From Eledone cirrhosa (taxonomy: Eukaryota), in contig OZ024741.1 in assembly GCA_964016885.1 (NCBI GenBank), forward strand, positions 404,178,001-404,242,000: DNA of 64,000 bases. Direction: 5' to 3'. The position numbers were made by a program, and so were the translations under genes. The notes under the pieces were generated by a model. That model was not told where the DNA came from, did not search any database, and saw nothing but the letters and a program-made list of their open reading frames with translations. Within the stretch, counting starts at the first letter, position 1. The number at the start of each line of letters is the position of its first letter. This document shows positions 10,951 through 28,449 of the stretch, piece after piece.

Positions 10951-13900
10951 TATGTAACAGTATGTCCCCTACCATGATCTAATCTGTAACAGTATGTCCC
11001 CTGCCATGATCTTATATGTAACAGTATGTCCCCTACCATATATATATTATATGTAAGAGTATGTCCCCTACCATGATCTTATATGTAACAGTATGTCCCC
11101 TACCATGATCTTATATGTAACAGTATGTCCCCTACCATATATCTTATCTGTAACAGTATGTACCCTACCATGATCTTATATGTAACAGTATGTCCCCTAC
11201 CATGATATTATATGTAACAGTATGTCTCCTACCATATATCTTACATGTAACAGTATGTCCCCTACCATGATCTTATCTTTAACAGTATGTCCCCTACCTT
11301 ATATCTTATATGTAACAGTATGTCCCTTACCAAGATCTTATCCGTAACAGTATGTCCCCTACGATGATCTTATATGTAACAGTTTGTCCCCTACCATGAT
11401 CTTATATGTAACAGTATGTCCCCTACCATGATCTTATATGTAACAGTATGTCCCCTACCATGATCTTATATGTAACAGTATGTCCCCTACCATATATCAT
11501 ATCTATAACAGTATGTCCCCTACCATATATCTTATATGTAACAGTATGTCCCCTACCATATATCTCATATGTAACAGTATGTACCCTACCATGATCTTAT
11601 ATGTAACAGTATGTCCACTGCCATGATCTTATATGTAACAGTATGTCTCCTACCATATATCTTATCTGTAACAGTATGTCCCCTACCATGATCTTATATT
11701 TAACAGTATGTCCCCTACCATATATCTTATATGTAACAGTATGTCCCCTACCATGATCTTATATGTAACAGTATGTCCCCTACCATGATCTTATATGTAA
11801 CAGTATGTCCCCTACCATATATCTTGTATGTAACAGTATGTCCCCTGCCATGATCTTATCTGTAACAGAATGTCCCCTACAATGATCTTATATGTAACAG
11901 TATGTCCCCTACCATGATCTTATATGTAACAGTATGTCCCTACCATGATCTTATATGTAACAGTATGTCCCCTACCATATATCTTATCTGTAACAGTATG
12001 TCCCCTAACATGATCTTATATGTAACAGTATGTCCCCTACCATATATCTTATATGTAACAGTATGTCCCCTACAATGATCTTATATGTAACAGTATGTCC
12101 CCTACCATGATCTTATATGTAACAGTATGTCCCCTACCCTATATCTTATCTGTAACAGTATGTACTCTACCATGATCTTATATGTAACAGTATGTCCACT
12201 GCCATGATCTTATATGTAACAGTATGTCTCCTACCATATATCTTATCTGTAACAGTATGTCCCCTACCATGATCTTATATGTAACAGTATGTCCCCTACC
12301 ATATATCTTATATGTAACAGTATGTCCCCTACCATGATCTTATATGTAACAGTATGTCCCCTACCATGATCTTATATGTAACAGTATGTCCCCTACCATA
12401 TATCTTGTATGTAACAGTATGTCCCCTACCATGATCTTATCTGTAACAGAATGTCCCCTACAATGATCTTATATGTAACAGTATGTCCCCTACCATGATC
12501 TTATATGTAACAGTATGTCCCCTACCATGATCTTATATGTAACAGTATGTCCCCTACCATATATCTTATATGTAACAGTATGTCCCCTACCATGATCTTA
12601 TATGTAACAGTATGTCCCCTACCATGATCTTATATGTAACAGTATGTCCCCTACCATATATCTTATCTGTAACAGTATGTCCCCTACCATGATCTTATAT
12701 GTAACAGTATGTCCCCTACCATGATCTTATATGTAACAGTATGTCCCCTACCATATATCTTATCTGTAACAGTATGTACCCTACCATGATCTTATATGTA
12801 ACAGTATGTCCCCTACCATGATCTTATATGTAACAGTATGTCTCCTACCATATATTTTACATGTAACAGTATGTCCCCTACCATGATCTTATCTTTAACA
12901 GTATGTCCCCTACCATATATCTAATATGTAACAGTATGTCCCTTACCAAGATCTTATCTGTAACAGTATGTCACCTACGATGATCTTATATGTAACAGTT
13001 TGTCCCCTACCATGATCTTATATGTAACAGTATGTCCCCTACCATATATCTTATATGTAACAGTATGTCCCCTACCATATATCTTATATGTAACAGTATG
13101 TCCCCTACCATGATCTTCTCTGTAACAGTATGTCCCCTACCATGATCTTATCTGTAACAGTATGTCCCCTACCATGATCTTATATGTAACAGTATGTCCC
13201 CTACCATATATCTATCTATAACAGTATGTCCCCTACCATATATCTTATATGTAACAGTATGTCCCCTACCATATATCTTATCTATAACAGTATGTCCCCT
13301 ACCATATATCTTATATGTAACAGTATGTCCCCTACCATAATCGTATATGTAACAGTATGTACCCTACCATATATCTTACCTGTAAAAGTATGTCCCCTAC
13401 CATATATCTTATATGTAACAGTATGTCCCCTAACATGATCTTACCTGTAACAGTATGTCCCCTACCATGATCTTATATGTAACAGTATGTCCCCTACCAT
13501 ATATCTTATGTGTAACAGTATGTCCCCTACCATGATCTTATATGTAACAGTATGTCCCCTACCATATATCTTATATGTAACAGTATGTCCCTACCGTGAT
13601 CTTATATGTAACAGTATGTCCCCTACCATATATTTTATATGTAACAGTATGTCTCCTACCATGATCTTATATGTAACAGTATGTCCCCTACCATGTTCTT
13701 ACCTGTAACAGTATGTCCCCTACCATATATCTTATATGTAACAGTATGTTCCCTACCATGAATTTACCTGTAACAGTATGTCCCCTACCATATATCTTAT
13801 ATGTAACAGTATGTCCCCTACCATGATCTTATATGTAACGGTATGTTCCCTACCATGATCTTATCTATAACAGTATGTCCCCTACCATGATCTTATATGT

Positions 13901-16900
13901 ATCAGTATGTCCCCTACCATGATCTTATCTGTAACAGTATGTCCCCTACCATGATCTTATATGTAACAGTATGTCCCCTACCATGATCTTATATGTAACA
14001 GTATGTCTCCTACCATGATCTTATATGTAACAGTATGTCCCCTACCATATATCTTATATGTAACAGTATGTCCCCTACCATGATCTAATCTGTAACAGTA
14101 TGTCCCCTACCATGATCTTATATGTAACAGTATGTCCCCTACCATGATCTTATATGTAACAGAATGTCCCCTGCCATGATCTTATATGTAACAGTATGTC
14201 CCCTACCATATATATATTATATGTAACAGTATGTCCCCTACCATGATCTTATATGTAACAGTATGTCCCCTACCATGATCTTATATGTAACAGTATGTCC
14301 CCTACCATATATCTTATCTGTAACAGTATGTACCCTACCATGATCTTATATGTAACAGTATGTCCCCTACCATGATATTATATGTAACAGTATGTCTCCT
14401 ACCATATATCTTACATGTAACTGTATGTCCCCTACCATGATCTTATCTTTAACAGTATGTCCCCTACCATATATATTATATGTAACAGTATGTCCCTTAC
14501 CAAGATCTTATCCGTAACAGTATGTCCCCTACCATGATCTTATATGTAACAGTTTGTCCCCTACCACGATCTTATATGTAACAGTATGTCCCCTACCATG
14601 ATCTTATATTTAACAGTATGTCCCCTACCATATATCTTACCTGTAACAGTATGTCCCCTACCATGATCTTATATGTAACAGTATGTCCCCTACCATGATC
14701 TTATATGTAACAGTATGTCCCCTACTATAATCTTATCTGTAACACTATGTCCCCTAAAATATATCTTATATGTAACAGTATGTCCCCCACCATGATCTTA
14801 TATGTAACAGTATGTCCCCTACCATGATCTGATATGTAACAGTATGTCCCCTACCATATATCTTATATGTAACAGTAGGTCTCCTACCATGATTTATATG
14901 TAACAGTATGTCCCCTACCATGATCTTATATGTAACAGTATGTCCCCTACCATATATCTTATATGTAACAGTATGTCCCCTACCATATATCTTATATATA
15001 ACAGTATGTCCCCTACCATGATCTTATATGAAACAGTATGTTCCCTACCATGATCTTATCTGTAACAGTATGTCCCCTACCATGATCTTATATGTAACAG
15101 TAGGTCCCCTACCATGATCTTATATGTAACAGTATGACCCCTACCATGATCTTATATGTAACAGTATGTCCCCTACCATATATTTTATATGTAACAGTAT
15201 GTCCCCTACCATGATCTTATCTGTAACAGTATGTCCCCTACCATGATCTTATATGTAACAGTATGTCCCCTACCATATATCTTGTATGTAACAGTATGTC
15301 CCCTACCATGATCTTATCTGTAACAGAATGTCCCCTACAATGATCTTATATGTAACAGTATGTCCCCTACCATGATCTTATATGTAACAGTATGTCCCCT
15401 ACCATGATCTTATATGTAACAGTATGTCCCCTTCCATGATCTTATATGTAACAGTATGTCCCCTACCATGATCATATATGTAACAGTATGTCCCCTACCA
15501 TGATCTTATCTGTAACAGTATGTCCCCTACCATGGTTATATGTAACAGTATGTCCCCTACCATGATCTTATATGTAACAGAATGTCACCTACCATGATCT
15601 TATCTGTAACAGTATGTCCCGTACTATGATCTTATCTGTAACAGTATGTCCCCTACCATGATTATATGTAACAGTATGACCCATTCCATGATCTTATATG
15701 TAACAGTATGTCCCCTACCATATATCTTATATGTAACAGTATGTCCCCTACTATGATCTTATCTGTAACAGTATGTCCCCTACCATATATCTTAAATGTA
15801 ACAGTATGTCCCCTACCCTGATCTTATATGTAACAGTATGTCTCCTACCATATATCTTATATGTAACAGTATGTCCCCTACCATGATCTTATATGTAACA
15901 GTATGTCCCCTACCATGATCTTATATGTAACAGTATGTCCCCTACCATATATCTTATATGTAACAGTATGTCCCCTACCATGATCTTATATGTAACTGTA
16001 TGTCCCCTACCATGATCTTATATGTAACAGTATGTCCCCTACCATGATCTTATATGTAACAGTATGTCCCCTACCATATATCTTATATGTAACAGTATGT
16101 CCACTACTTTGATCTTATATGTAACAGTATGTCCCCTACCATGATCTTATATGTAACAGTATGTCCCCTACCATAATCTTATATGTAACAGTATGTCGCC
16201 TACCATGATCTTATATGTAACAGTATGTCCCCTACCATATATCTTATATGTAACAGTATGTCCCCTACCATGATCTTATATGTAACAGTATGTCCCCTAC
16301 CATGATCTTATATGTAACAGTATGTCCCCTACCATGATCTTATACGTAACAGTATGTCCCCTACCATATATCTTAAATGTAACAGTATGTCCACTACTTT
16401 GATCTTATATGTAACAGTATGTCCCCTACCATGATCTTATATGTAACAGTATGTCCCCTACCATGATCTTCTATGTAACTGTATGTCGCCTACCATGATC
16501 TTATCTGTAACAGTATGTCCCCTACCATGATCATATATGTAACAGTATGTCTCCTACCATGTTCTTATATGCAACAGTATGTCCCCTACCATGATCTTAT
16601 CTGTAACAGTATGTCCCCTACCATGATCTTATATGTAACAGTATGTCCCCTACCATGATCATATATGTAACAGTATGTCCCCTACCATGATCTTATCTGT
16701 AACAGTATGTCCCCTACCATGGTTATATGTAACAGTATGTCCCCTACCATGATCTTATATGTAACAGTATGTCACCTACCATGATCTTATCTGTAACAGT
16801 ATGCCCCGTACTATGATCTTATCTGTAACAGTATGTCCCCTACCTTGATTATATGTAACAGTATGACCCCTTCCATGATCTTATATGTAACAGTATGTCC

Positions 16901-17619
16901 CCTACCATATATCTTATATGTAACAGTATGTCCCCTACCATGATCATATATCTTACCTGTAACAGTATGTCCCCTACCATATATCTTATATGTAACATTA
17001 TGTCCCCTACCATGATCTTATATGTAACAGTATGTCCCCTACCATGGTCTTATATGTAACAGTATGTCCCCTACCATATATCTTATATATAACAGTATGT
17101 CCCCTACTATATATCTTACCTGTAACAGTATGTCCCCTACCATATATCTTATACGTAACTGTATGTCCCCTACCATATATCTTATCTATAACAGTATGTC
17201 CCCTACCATATATCTTATATGTAACAGTATGTCCCCTACCATAATCTTATATGTAACAGTATGTACCCTACCATATATCTTACCTGTAACAGTATGTCCC
17301 CTACCATATATCTTATATGTAACAGTATGTCCACTAACATGATCTTACCTGTAACAGTATGTTCCCTACCATGATCTTATGTGTAACAGTATGTCCCCTA
17401 CCATATATCTTATGTGTAACAGTATGTCCCCTACCATGATCTTATATGTAACAGTATGTCCCCTACCATATATCTTATATGTAACAGTATGTCCCCTACC
17501 ATGATCTTATATGTAACAGTATGTCCCCTACCATATATCTTATATGTAACAATATGTCTCCTACCATGATCTTATATGTAACAGTATGTCCCCTACCATG
17601 ATCATATGTGTATCAGTAT

Positions 17620-20600
17620 GTCCCCTACCATATATATTATATGTAACAGTATGACCCCTACCATGATCTTATATGTAACAGTATGTCCCCTACCATGATC
17701 TTATATGTAACAGTATGTCCCCTACCATAATCTTATATGTAACAGTATGTACCCTACCATATATCTTACCTGTAACAGTATGTCCCCTACCATATATCTT
17801 ATATGTAACATTATGTCCCCTATAATGATCTTATATGTAACAGTATGTCCCCTACCATATATCTTATATGTAACAGTATGTCCCCTACCATAATCTTATA
17901 TGTAACAGTATGTCCCCTACCATATATCTTATATGTAACATTATGTCCCCTACCATGATCTTATATGTAACAGTATGTCCCCTACCATAATCTTATATGT
18001 AACAGTATGTACCCTACCATATATCTTACCTGTAACAGTATGTCCCCTACCATATATCTTATATGTAACATTATGTCCCCTACCATGATCTTATATGTAA
18101 CAGTATGTCCCCTACCATGATCTTATATGTAACAGTATGTCCACTACCATATATCTTATATGTAACAGTATGTCCCCTACTATATATCTTACCTGTAACA
18201 GTATGTCCCCTACCATATATCTTATATGTAACTGTATGTCCCCTACCATATATCTTATCTATAACAGTATGTCCCCTACCATATATCTTATATGTAACAG
18301 TATGTCCCCTACCATAATCTTATATGTAACAGTATGTACCCTACCATATATCTTACCTGTAACAGTATGTCCCCTACCATATATCTTATATGTAACAGTA
18401 TGTCCCCTAACATGATCTTACCTGTAACAGTATGTCCCCTACCATGATCTTATATGTAACAGTATGTCCCCTACCATATATCTTATGTGTAACAGTATGT
18501 CCCCTACCATGATCTTATATGTAACAGTATGTCCCCTACCATATATCTTCTATGTAACAGTATGTCCCCTACCATGATCTTATATGTAACAGTATGTCCC
18601 CTACCATATATCTTATATGTAACAGTATGTCTCCTACCATGATCTTATATGTAACAGTATGTCCCCTACCATGTTCTTATATGTAACAGTATGTCCCCTA
18701 CCATGATCATATATGTAACAGTATGTCCCCTACCATATATCTTATATGTAACAGTATGTACCCTACCATATATCTTACTTGTAACAGTATGTCCCCTACC
18801 ATGATCTTATATGTAACAGTATGTCCCCTACCATGATCTTATATGTAACAGTATGTCCCCTACCATATATCTTATATGTAACAGTATGTCCCCTACCATG
18901 ATCTTATATGTAACAGTATGTCCCCTACCATGATCTTATATGTAACAGTATGTCCCATACCATGATCTTATATGTAACAGTATGTCCCCTACCATATATC
19001 TTATATGTAACAGTATGTCCCCTACCATATATCTTACATGTAACAGTATGTCCCCTACCATGATCTTATATGTAACAGTATGTCCCCTACCATGATCTTA
19101 TATGTAACAGTATGTCCCCTACCATGATCTTATACGTAACAGTATGTCCCCTACCATATATCTTAAATGTAACAGTATGTCCACTACTTTGATCTTATAT
19201 GTAACAGTATGTCCGCTACCATGATCTTATATGTAACAGTATGTCCCCTACCATGATCTTATATGTAACAGTATGTCGCCTACCATGATCTTATCTGTAA
19301 CAGTATGTCCCCTACCATGATCATATATGTAACAGTATGTCTCCTACCATGTTCTTATATGTAACAGTATGTCCCCTACCATGATCTTATCTGTAACAGT
19401 ATGTCCCCTACCATGATATTATATGTAACAGTATGTCCCCTACCATGATTTATATGTAACAGTATGTCCCCTACCATATATCTTATATGTAACAGTATGT
19501 CCCCTACCATATATCTTACCTGTAACAGTATGTCCCCTACCATATATCTTATATGTAACAGTATGTCCCCTACCATGAGCTTATCTGTAACAGTATGTCC
19601 TCTACCATGATCTTATCTGTAACAGTATGTCCCCTACCATGATCTTATATGTAACAGTATGTCCCCTACCATATATCATATCTATAACAGTATGTCCCCT
19701 ACCATATATCTTATATGTAACAGTATGTCCACTACCATAAATCTTATCTGTAACAGTATGTCCCCTACCATGATCTTATATGTAACAGTATGTCCCCTAC
19801 CATATATATTATATGTAACAGTATGACCCCTACCATGATCTTATATGTAACAGTATGTCCCCTACCATGATCTTATATGTAACAGTATGTCCCCTACCAT
19901 AATCTTATATGTAACAGTATGTACCCTACCATATATCTTACCTGTAACAGTATGTCCCCTACCATATATCTTATATGTAACATTATGTCCCCTACCATGA
20001 TCTTATATGTAACAGTATGTCCCCTACCATATATCTTATATGTAACAGTATGTCCCCTACCATAATCTTATATGTAACAGTATGTCCCCTACCATATATC
20101 TTATATGTAACATTATGTCCCCTACCATGATCTTATATGTAACAGTATGTCCCCTACCATAATCTTATATGTAACAGTATGTACCCTACCATATATCTTA
20201 CCTGTAACAGTATGTCCCCTACCATATATCTTATATGTAACATTATGTCCCCTACCATGATCTTATATGTAACAGTATGTCCCCTACCATGATCTTATAT
20301 GTAACAGTATGTCCCCTACCATATATCTTATATGTAACAGTATGTCCCCTACTATATATCTTACCTGTAACAGTATGTCCCCTACCATATATCTTATATG
20401 TAACTGTATGTCCCCTACCATATATCTTATCTATAACAGTATGTCCCCTACCATATATCTTATATGTAACAGTATGTCCCCTACCATAATCTTATATGTA
20501 ACAGTATGTACCCTACCATATATCTTACCTGTAACAGTATGTCCCCTACCATATATCTTATATGTAACAGTATGTCCCCTAACATGATCTTCCCTGTAAC

Positions 20601-21250
20601 AGTATGTCCCCTATCATGATCTTATATGTAACAGTATGTCCCCTACCATATATCTTATGTGTAAGAGTATGTCCCCTACCATGATCTTATATGTAACAGT
20701 ATGTCCCCTACCATATATCTTATATGTAACAGTATGTTCCCTACCATGATCTTATATGTAACAGTATGTCCCCTACCATATATCTTATATGTAACAGTAT
20801 GTCTCCTACCATGTTCTTATATGTAACAGTATGTCCCCTACCATGTTCTTATATGTAACAGTATGTCCCCTACCATGATCATATATGTAACAGTATGTCC
20901 CCTACCATATATCTTATATGTAACAGTATGTCCCCTACCATGATATTATATGTAACAGTATGTCCCCTACCATGATCTTATATGTAACAGTATGTCCCCT
21001 ACCATGATCTTATATGTAACAGTATGTCCCCTACCATATATCTTATAAGTAACAGTATGTCCCCTACCATGATCTTATATGTAACAATATGTCCCCTACC
21101 ATGATCTTATATGTAACAGTATGTCCCCTACCATGATCTTATATGTAACAGTATGTCCCCTACCATATATCTTATATGTAACAGTATGTCCCCTACCATA
21201 TATCTTACATGTAACAGTATGCCCCTACCATGATCTTATATGTAACAGTA
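17620..21250. repeat. Higher-order repeat with a 2172-bp offset
   Basis: Identical ORF translations at 18105 and 20277. The marker ATATTATATGTAACAGTATGACCCC occurs at ~17633 and ~19805. Confidence 0.75.
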
Positions 21251-22749
21251 TGTCCCCTACCATGATCTTATATGTAACAGTATGTCCCCTACCATGATCT
21301 TATATGTAACAGTATGTCCCCTACCATGATCTTATATGTAACAGTATGTCCCCTACCATATATCTTATATGTAACAGTATGACCCCTACCATGATCTTAT
21401 ATGTAACAGTATGTCCCCTACCATATATCTTATATGTATCAGTATGTCCCCTACCATAAATCTTATATGTAACAGTATGTCCCCTACCATGTTCTTACCT
21501 GTAACAGTATGTCCCCTACCATATATCTTATATGTAACAGTATGTATCCAACCATAAATCTTATATGTAACAGTATGTCCCCTACCATATATCTTATATG
21601 TAACAGTATGTCCCCTACCATATATCTTATATGTAACAGTATGTCCCCTACCATGATCTTATCTGTAACAGTATGTCTCCTACCATGATCTTATCTGTAA
21701 CAGTATGTCCCCTACCATGATCTTATATGTAACAGTATGTCCCCTACCATATATCATATCTATAACAGTATGTCCCCTACCATATATCTTATATGTAACA
21801 GTACGTCCACTACCATATATCTTATATGTAACATTATGTCCCCTACCATGATCTTATATGTAACAGTATGTCCCCTACCATGATCTTATATGTAACAGTA
21901 TGTCCCCTACCATAATCTTATATGTAACAGTATGTACCCTACCATATATCTTACCTGTAACAGTATGTCCCCTACCATATATCTTATATGTAACATTATG
22001 TCCCCTACCATGATCTTATATGTAACAGTATGTCCCCTACCATGATCTTATATGTAACAGTATGTCCCCTACCATATATCTTATATGTAACAGTATGTCC
22101 CCTACCATAATCTTATATGTAACAGTATGTCCCCTACCATATATCTTATATGTAACATTATGTCCCCTACCATGATCTTATATGTAACAGTATGTCCCCT
22201 ACCATAATCTTAGATGTAACAGTATGTCCCCTACCACGATCATATATCTTACCTGTAACAGTATGTCCCCTACCATATATCTTATATGTAACACTATGTC
22301 CCCTACCATGATCTTATATGTAACAGTATATCCCCTACCATGATCTTATATGTAACAGTATGTCCCCTACCCTATATCTTATATGTAACAGTATGTCCCC
22401 TACTATATATCTTACCTGTAACAGTATGTCCCCTACCATATATCTTATACGTAACTGTATGTCCCCTACCATATATCTTATCTATAACAGTATGTCCCCT
22501 ACCATATATCTTATATGTAACAGTATGTCCCCTACCATAATCTTATATGTAACAGTATGTACCCTACCATATATCTTACCTGTAACAGTATGTCCCCTAC
22601 CATATATCTTATATGTAACAGTATGTCCACTAACATGATCTTACCTGTAACAGTATGTTCCCTACCATGATCTTATATGTGACAGTATGTCCCCTACCAT
22701 ATATCTTATGTGTAACAGTATGTCCCCTACCATGATCTTATATGTAACA

Positions 22750-25700
22750 GTATGTCCCCTACCATATATCTTATATGTAACAGTATGTCCCCTACCATGA
22801 TCTTATATGTAACAGTATGTCCCCTACCATATATCTTATATGTAACAGTATGTCTCCTACCATGATCTTATATGTAACAGTATGTCCCCTACCATGATCA
22901 TATGTGTAACAGTATGTCCCCTACCATATATCTTATATGTAACAGTATGTCCCCTACCATGATCTTATATGTAACAGTATGTCCCCTACCATGATCTTAT
23001 ATGTAACAGTATGTCCCCTACCATATATCTTATATGTAACAGTATGTCCCCTACCATGATCTTATATGTAACAGTATGTCCCCTACCATGATCTTATATG
23101 TAACAGTATGTCCCCTACCATGATCTTATATGTAACAGTATGTCCCCTACCATATATCTTATATGTAAGAGTATGTCCCCTACCATATATCTTATATGTA
23201 ACAGTATGTCCCCTAACATGATCTTATATGTAACAGTATGTTCCCTACCATGATCTTATATGTAACAGTATGTCCCCTACCATGATCTTATATGTAACAG
23301 TATGTCCCCTACCATAAATCTTATATGTAACAGTATGTCCCCTACCATGTTCTTACCTGTAACAGTATGTCCCCTACCATATATCTTATATGTAACAGTA
23401 TGTCCCCTACCATAAATCTTATATGTAACAGTATGTCCCCTACCATATATCTTATATGTAACAGTATGTCTCCTACCATAAATCTTATATGTAACAGTAT
23501 GTCCCCTACCATATATCTTATATGTAACAGTATGTCCCCTACCATATATCTTATATGTAACAGTATGTCTCCTACCATAAATCTTATATGTAACAGTATG
23601 TCCCCTACCATATATCTTATATGTAACAGTATGTCCCCTACCATGATCTTATATGTAACAGTATGTCCCCCACCATATATCTTATATGTAACAGTATGTC
23701 CCATACCATGTTCTTACCTGTAACAGTATGTCCCCTACCATATATCTTATATGCAACAGTATGTCCCCTACCATATATCTTATATGTAACAGTATGTCTC
23801 CTACCATGATCTTATATGTAACAGTATGTCCCCTACCATGTTCTTACCTGTAACAGTATGTCCCCTACCATATATCTTATATGTAACAGTATGTTCCCTA
23901 ACATGAATTTACCTGTAACAGTATGTCCCCTACCATATATCTTATATGTAACAGTATGTCCCCTACCATGATTTTATATGTAACAGTATGTTCCCTACCA
24001 TGATCTTATCTGTAACAGTATGTCCCCTACCATGATCTTATATGTAACAGTATGTCACCTACCATGATCTTATATGTATCAGTATGTCCCCTACCATGAT
24101 CTTATCTGTAACAGTATGTCCCCTACCATGATCTTATATGTAACAGTATGTCCCCTACCATATATCTTATATGTAACAGTATGTCTCCTACCATGATCTT
24201 ATATGTAACAGTATGTCCCCTACCATGTTCTTACCTGTAACAGTATGTCCCCTACCATATATCTTATATGTAACAGTATGTTCCCTACCATGAATTTACC
24301 TGTAACAGTATGTCCCCTACCATGATCTCATATGTAACAGTATGTCCCCTACCATATATCTTACATGTAACAGTATGTCCCCTACCATGATCTTATCTGT
24401 AACAGTATGTCACCTACCATGATCTTATATGTAACAGTATGTCCCCTACCATGATCTTATATGTAACAGTATGTCCCCTACCATGATCTTATATGTAACA
24501 GTATGTCCCCTACCATATATCTTATATGTAACAGTATGTCCGCTACCATGATCTTATATGTAACAGTATGTTCCCTACCATGATCTTATATGTAACAGTA
24601 TGTCCCTTACCATATATCTTATCTGTAACAGTATGTACCCTACCATGATCTTATATGTAACAGTATGTCCCCTACCATGATCTTATATGTAACAGTATGT
24701 CTCCTACCATATATCTTACATGTAACAGTATGTCCGCTACCATGATCTTATCTTTAACAGTATGTCCCCTACCATATATCTTATATGTAACAGTATGTCC
24801 CTTACCAAGACCTTAACTGTAACAGTATGTCCCCTACGATGATCTCATATGTAACAGTTTGTCCCCTACCATGATCTTATATGTAACAGTATGTCCCCTA
24901 CCATGATCTTATATGTAACAGTATGTCCCCTACTATGATCTTATCTGTAACAGTATGTCCCCTACCATATATCTTATATGTAACAGTATGTCCCCTACCA
25001 TGATCTTATATGTAACAGTATGTCCCCTACCATGATCTTATATGTAACAGTATGTCCCCTACCATATATCTTATATGTAACAGTATGTCCCCTACCATAT
25101 ATCTTATATGTAACAGTATGTCCCCTACCATGATCTTATATGTAACAGTATGTCCCCTACCATATATCTTATATGTAACAGTATGTCTCCTACCATGATC
25201 TTATATGTAACAGTATGTCCCCTACCATGATCATATGTGTAACAGTATGTCCCCTACCATATATCTTATATGTAACAGTATGTCCCCTACCATGATCTTA
25301 TATGTAACAGTATGTCCCCTACCATGATCTTATATGTAACAGTATGTCCCCTACCATATATCTTATATGTAACAGTATGTCCCCTACCATGATCTTATAT
25401 GTAACAGTATGTCCCCTACCATGATCTTATATGTAACAGTATGTCCCCTACCATGATCTTATATGTAACAGTATGTCCCCTACCATATATCTTATATGTA
25501 AGAGTATGTCCCCTACCATATATCTTATATGTAACAGTATGTCCCCTAACATGATCTTATATGTAACAGTATGTTCCCTACCATGATCTTATATGTAACA
25601 GTATGTCCCCTACCATGATCTTATATGTAACAGTATGTCCCCTACCATAAATCTTATATGTAACAGTATGTCCCCTACCATGTTCTTACCTGTAACAGTA

Positions 25701-27415
25701 TGTCCCCTACCATATATCTTATATGTAACAGTATGTCCCCTACCATAAATCTTATATGTAACAGTATGTCCCCTACCATATATCTTATATGTAACAGTAT
25801 GTCTCCTACCATAAATCTTATATGTAACAGTATGTCCCCTACCATATATCTTATATGTAACAGTATGTCCCCTACCATATATCTTATATGTAACAGTATG
25901 TCTCCTACCATAAATCTTATATGTAACAGTATGTCCCCTACCATATATCTTATATGTAACAGTATGTCCCCTACCATGATCTTATATGTAACAGTATGTC
26001 CCCCACCATATATCTTATATGTAACAGTATGTCCCATACCATGTTCTTACCTGTAACAGTATGTCCCCTACCATATATCTTATATGCAACAGTATGTCCC
26101 CTACCATATATCTTATATGTAACAGTATGTCTCCTACCATGATCTTATATGTAACAGTATGTCCCCTACCATGTTCTTACCTGTAACAGTATGTCCCCTA
26201 CCATATATCTTATATGTAACAGTATGTTCCCTAACATGAATTTACCTGTAACAGTATGTCCCCTACCATATATCTTATATGTAACAGTATGTCCCCTACC
26301 ATGATTTTATATGTAACAGTATGTTCCCTACCATGATCTTATCTGTAACAGTATGTCCCCTACCATGATCTTATATGTAACAGTATGTCACCTACCATGA
26401 TCTTATATGTATCAGTATGTCCCCTACCATGATCTTATCTGTAACAGTATGTCCCCTACCATGATCTTATATGTAACAGTATGTCCCCTACCATATATCT
26501 TATATGTAACAGTATGTCTCCTACCATGATCTTATATGTAACAGTATGTCCCCTACCATGTTCTTACCTGTAACAGTATGTCCCCTACCATATATCTTAT
26601 ATGTAACAGTATGTTCCCTACCATGAATTTACCTGTAACAGTATGTCCCCTACCATGATCTCATATGTAACAGTATGTCCCCTACCATATATCTTACATG
26701 TAACAGTATGTCCCCTACCATGATCTTATCTGTAACAGTATGTCACCTACCATGATCTTATATGTAACAGTATGTCCCCTACCATGATCTTATATGTAAC
26801 AGTATGTCCCCTACCATGATCTTATATGTAACAGTATGTCCCCTACCATATATCTTATATGTAACAGTATGTCCGCTACCATGATCTTATATGTAACAGT
26901 ATGTTCCCTACCATGATCTTATATGTAACAGTATGTCCCTTACCATATATCTTATCTGTAACAGTATGTACCCTACCATGATCTTATATGTAACAGTATG
27001 TCCCCTACCATGATCTTATATGTAACAGTATGTCTCCTACCATATATCTTACATGTAACAGTATGTCCGCTACCATGATCTTATCTTTAACAGTATGTCC
27101 CCTACCATATATCTTATATGTAACAGTATGTCCCTTACCAAGACCTTAACTGTAACAGTATGTCCCCTACGATGATCTCATATGTAACAGTTTGTCCCCT
27201 ACCATGATCTTATATGTAACAGTATGTCCCCTACCATGATCTTATATGTAACAGTATGTCCCCTACTATGATCTTATCTGTAACAGTATGTCCCCTACCA
27301 TATATCTTATATGTAACAGTATGTCCCCTACCATGATCTTATATGTAACAGTATGTCCCCTACCATGATCTTATATGTAACAGTATGTCCCCTACCATAT
27401 ATCTTATATGTAACA
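22750..27415. repeat. Near-perfect 2 x 2333-bp tandem duplication (about 72 monomers per unit)
   Basis: Identical ORFs at 23367/25700 and 23342/25675. Markers TCATATGTGT (22898/25231), TATGCAAC, GTCCGCTAC and CAAGACCTTAACTG all recur at an offset of 2333. Confidence 0.92.
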
Positions 27416-28449
27416 GAATGTCTCCTACCATGATCTTATATGTAACAGTATGTCCCCTACCATGATCTTATATGTAACAGTATGTCCCCTACCATATATC
27501 TTATATGTAACAGTATGTCCCCTTACATGATCTTATATGTAACAGTATGTCCCCTACCATGATCTTATATGTAACAGTATGTCCCATACCATGATCTTAT
27601 CTGTAACAATATGTCCCCTACCATGATCTTATATGTAACAGTATGTCCCCTACCATGATCTTATGTGTAACAGTATGACCCCTACCATGATCTTATATGT
27701 AACAGTATGTCCCCTACCATATATCTTATATGTAACAGTATGTCCCCTACCATGATCTTATCTGTAACAGTATGTCCCCTACCATGATCTTATATGTAAC
27801 AGTATGTCCCCTACCATATATCTTATATGTAACAGTATGTCCCCTACCATGATATTACCTGTAACAGTATGTTCCCTACCATGATATTATATGTAACAGT
27901 ATGTCCCTACCATGATCTTATATGTAACAGTATGTCCCCTACCATATATCTTATATGTAACAGTATGTCCCCTACCATGATCTTACCTGTAACAGTATGT
28001 CCCCTACCATGATCTTATATGTAACAGTATGTCTCCTACCATGATCTTATATGTAACAGTATGTCCCCTACCATGATCTTATATGTAACAGTATGTCCCC
28101 TACCATATATCTTATATGTAACAGTATGTCCCCTACCATGATCTTATATGTAACAGTATGTCCCCTACCATATATCTTATATGTAACAGTATGTCCCCTA
28201 CCATGATCTTATCTGTAACAGTATGTCCCCTGCCATGATCTTATATGTAACAGTATGTCCCATACAATGATCTAATATGTAACAGTATGTCCTCTACCAT
28301 GATCTTATATGTAACAGTATGTCCCCTACCATATATCTTATATGTAACTGTATGTCACCTACCATATATCTTATATGTAACAGTACGTCCCCTACCATGA
28401 TCTTATCTGTAACAGTATGTCCCCTACCATGATCTTATCTGTAACAGTA

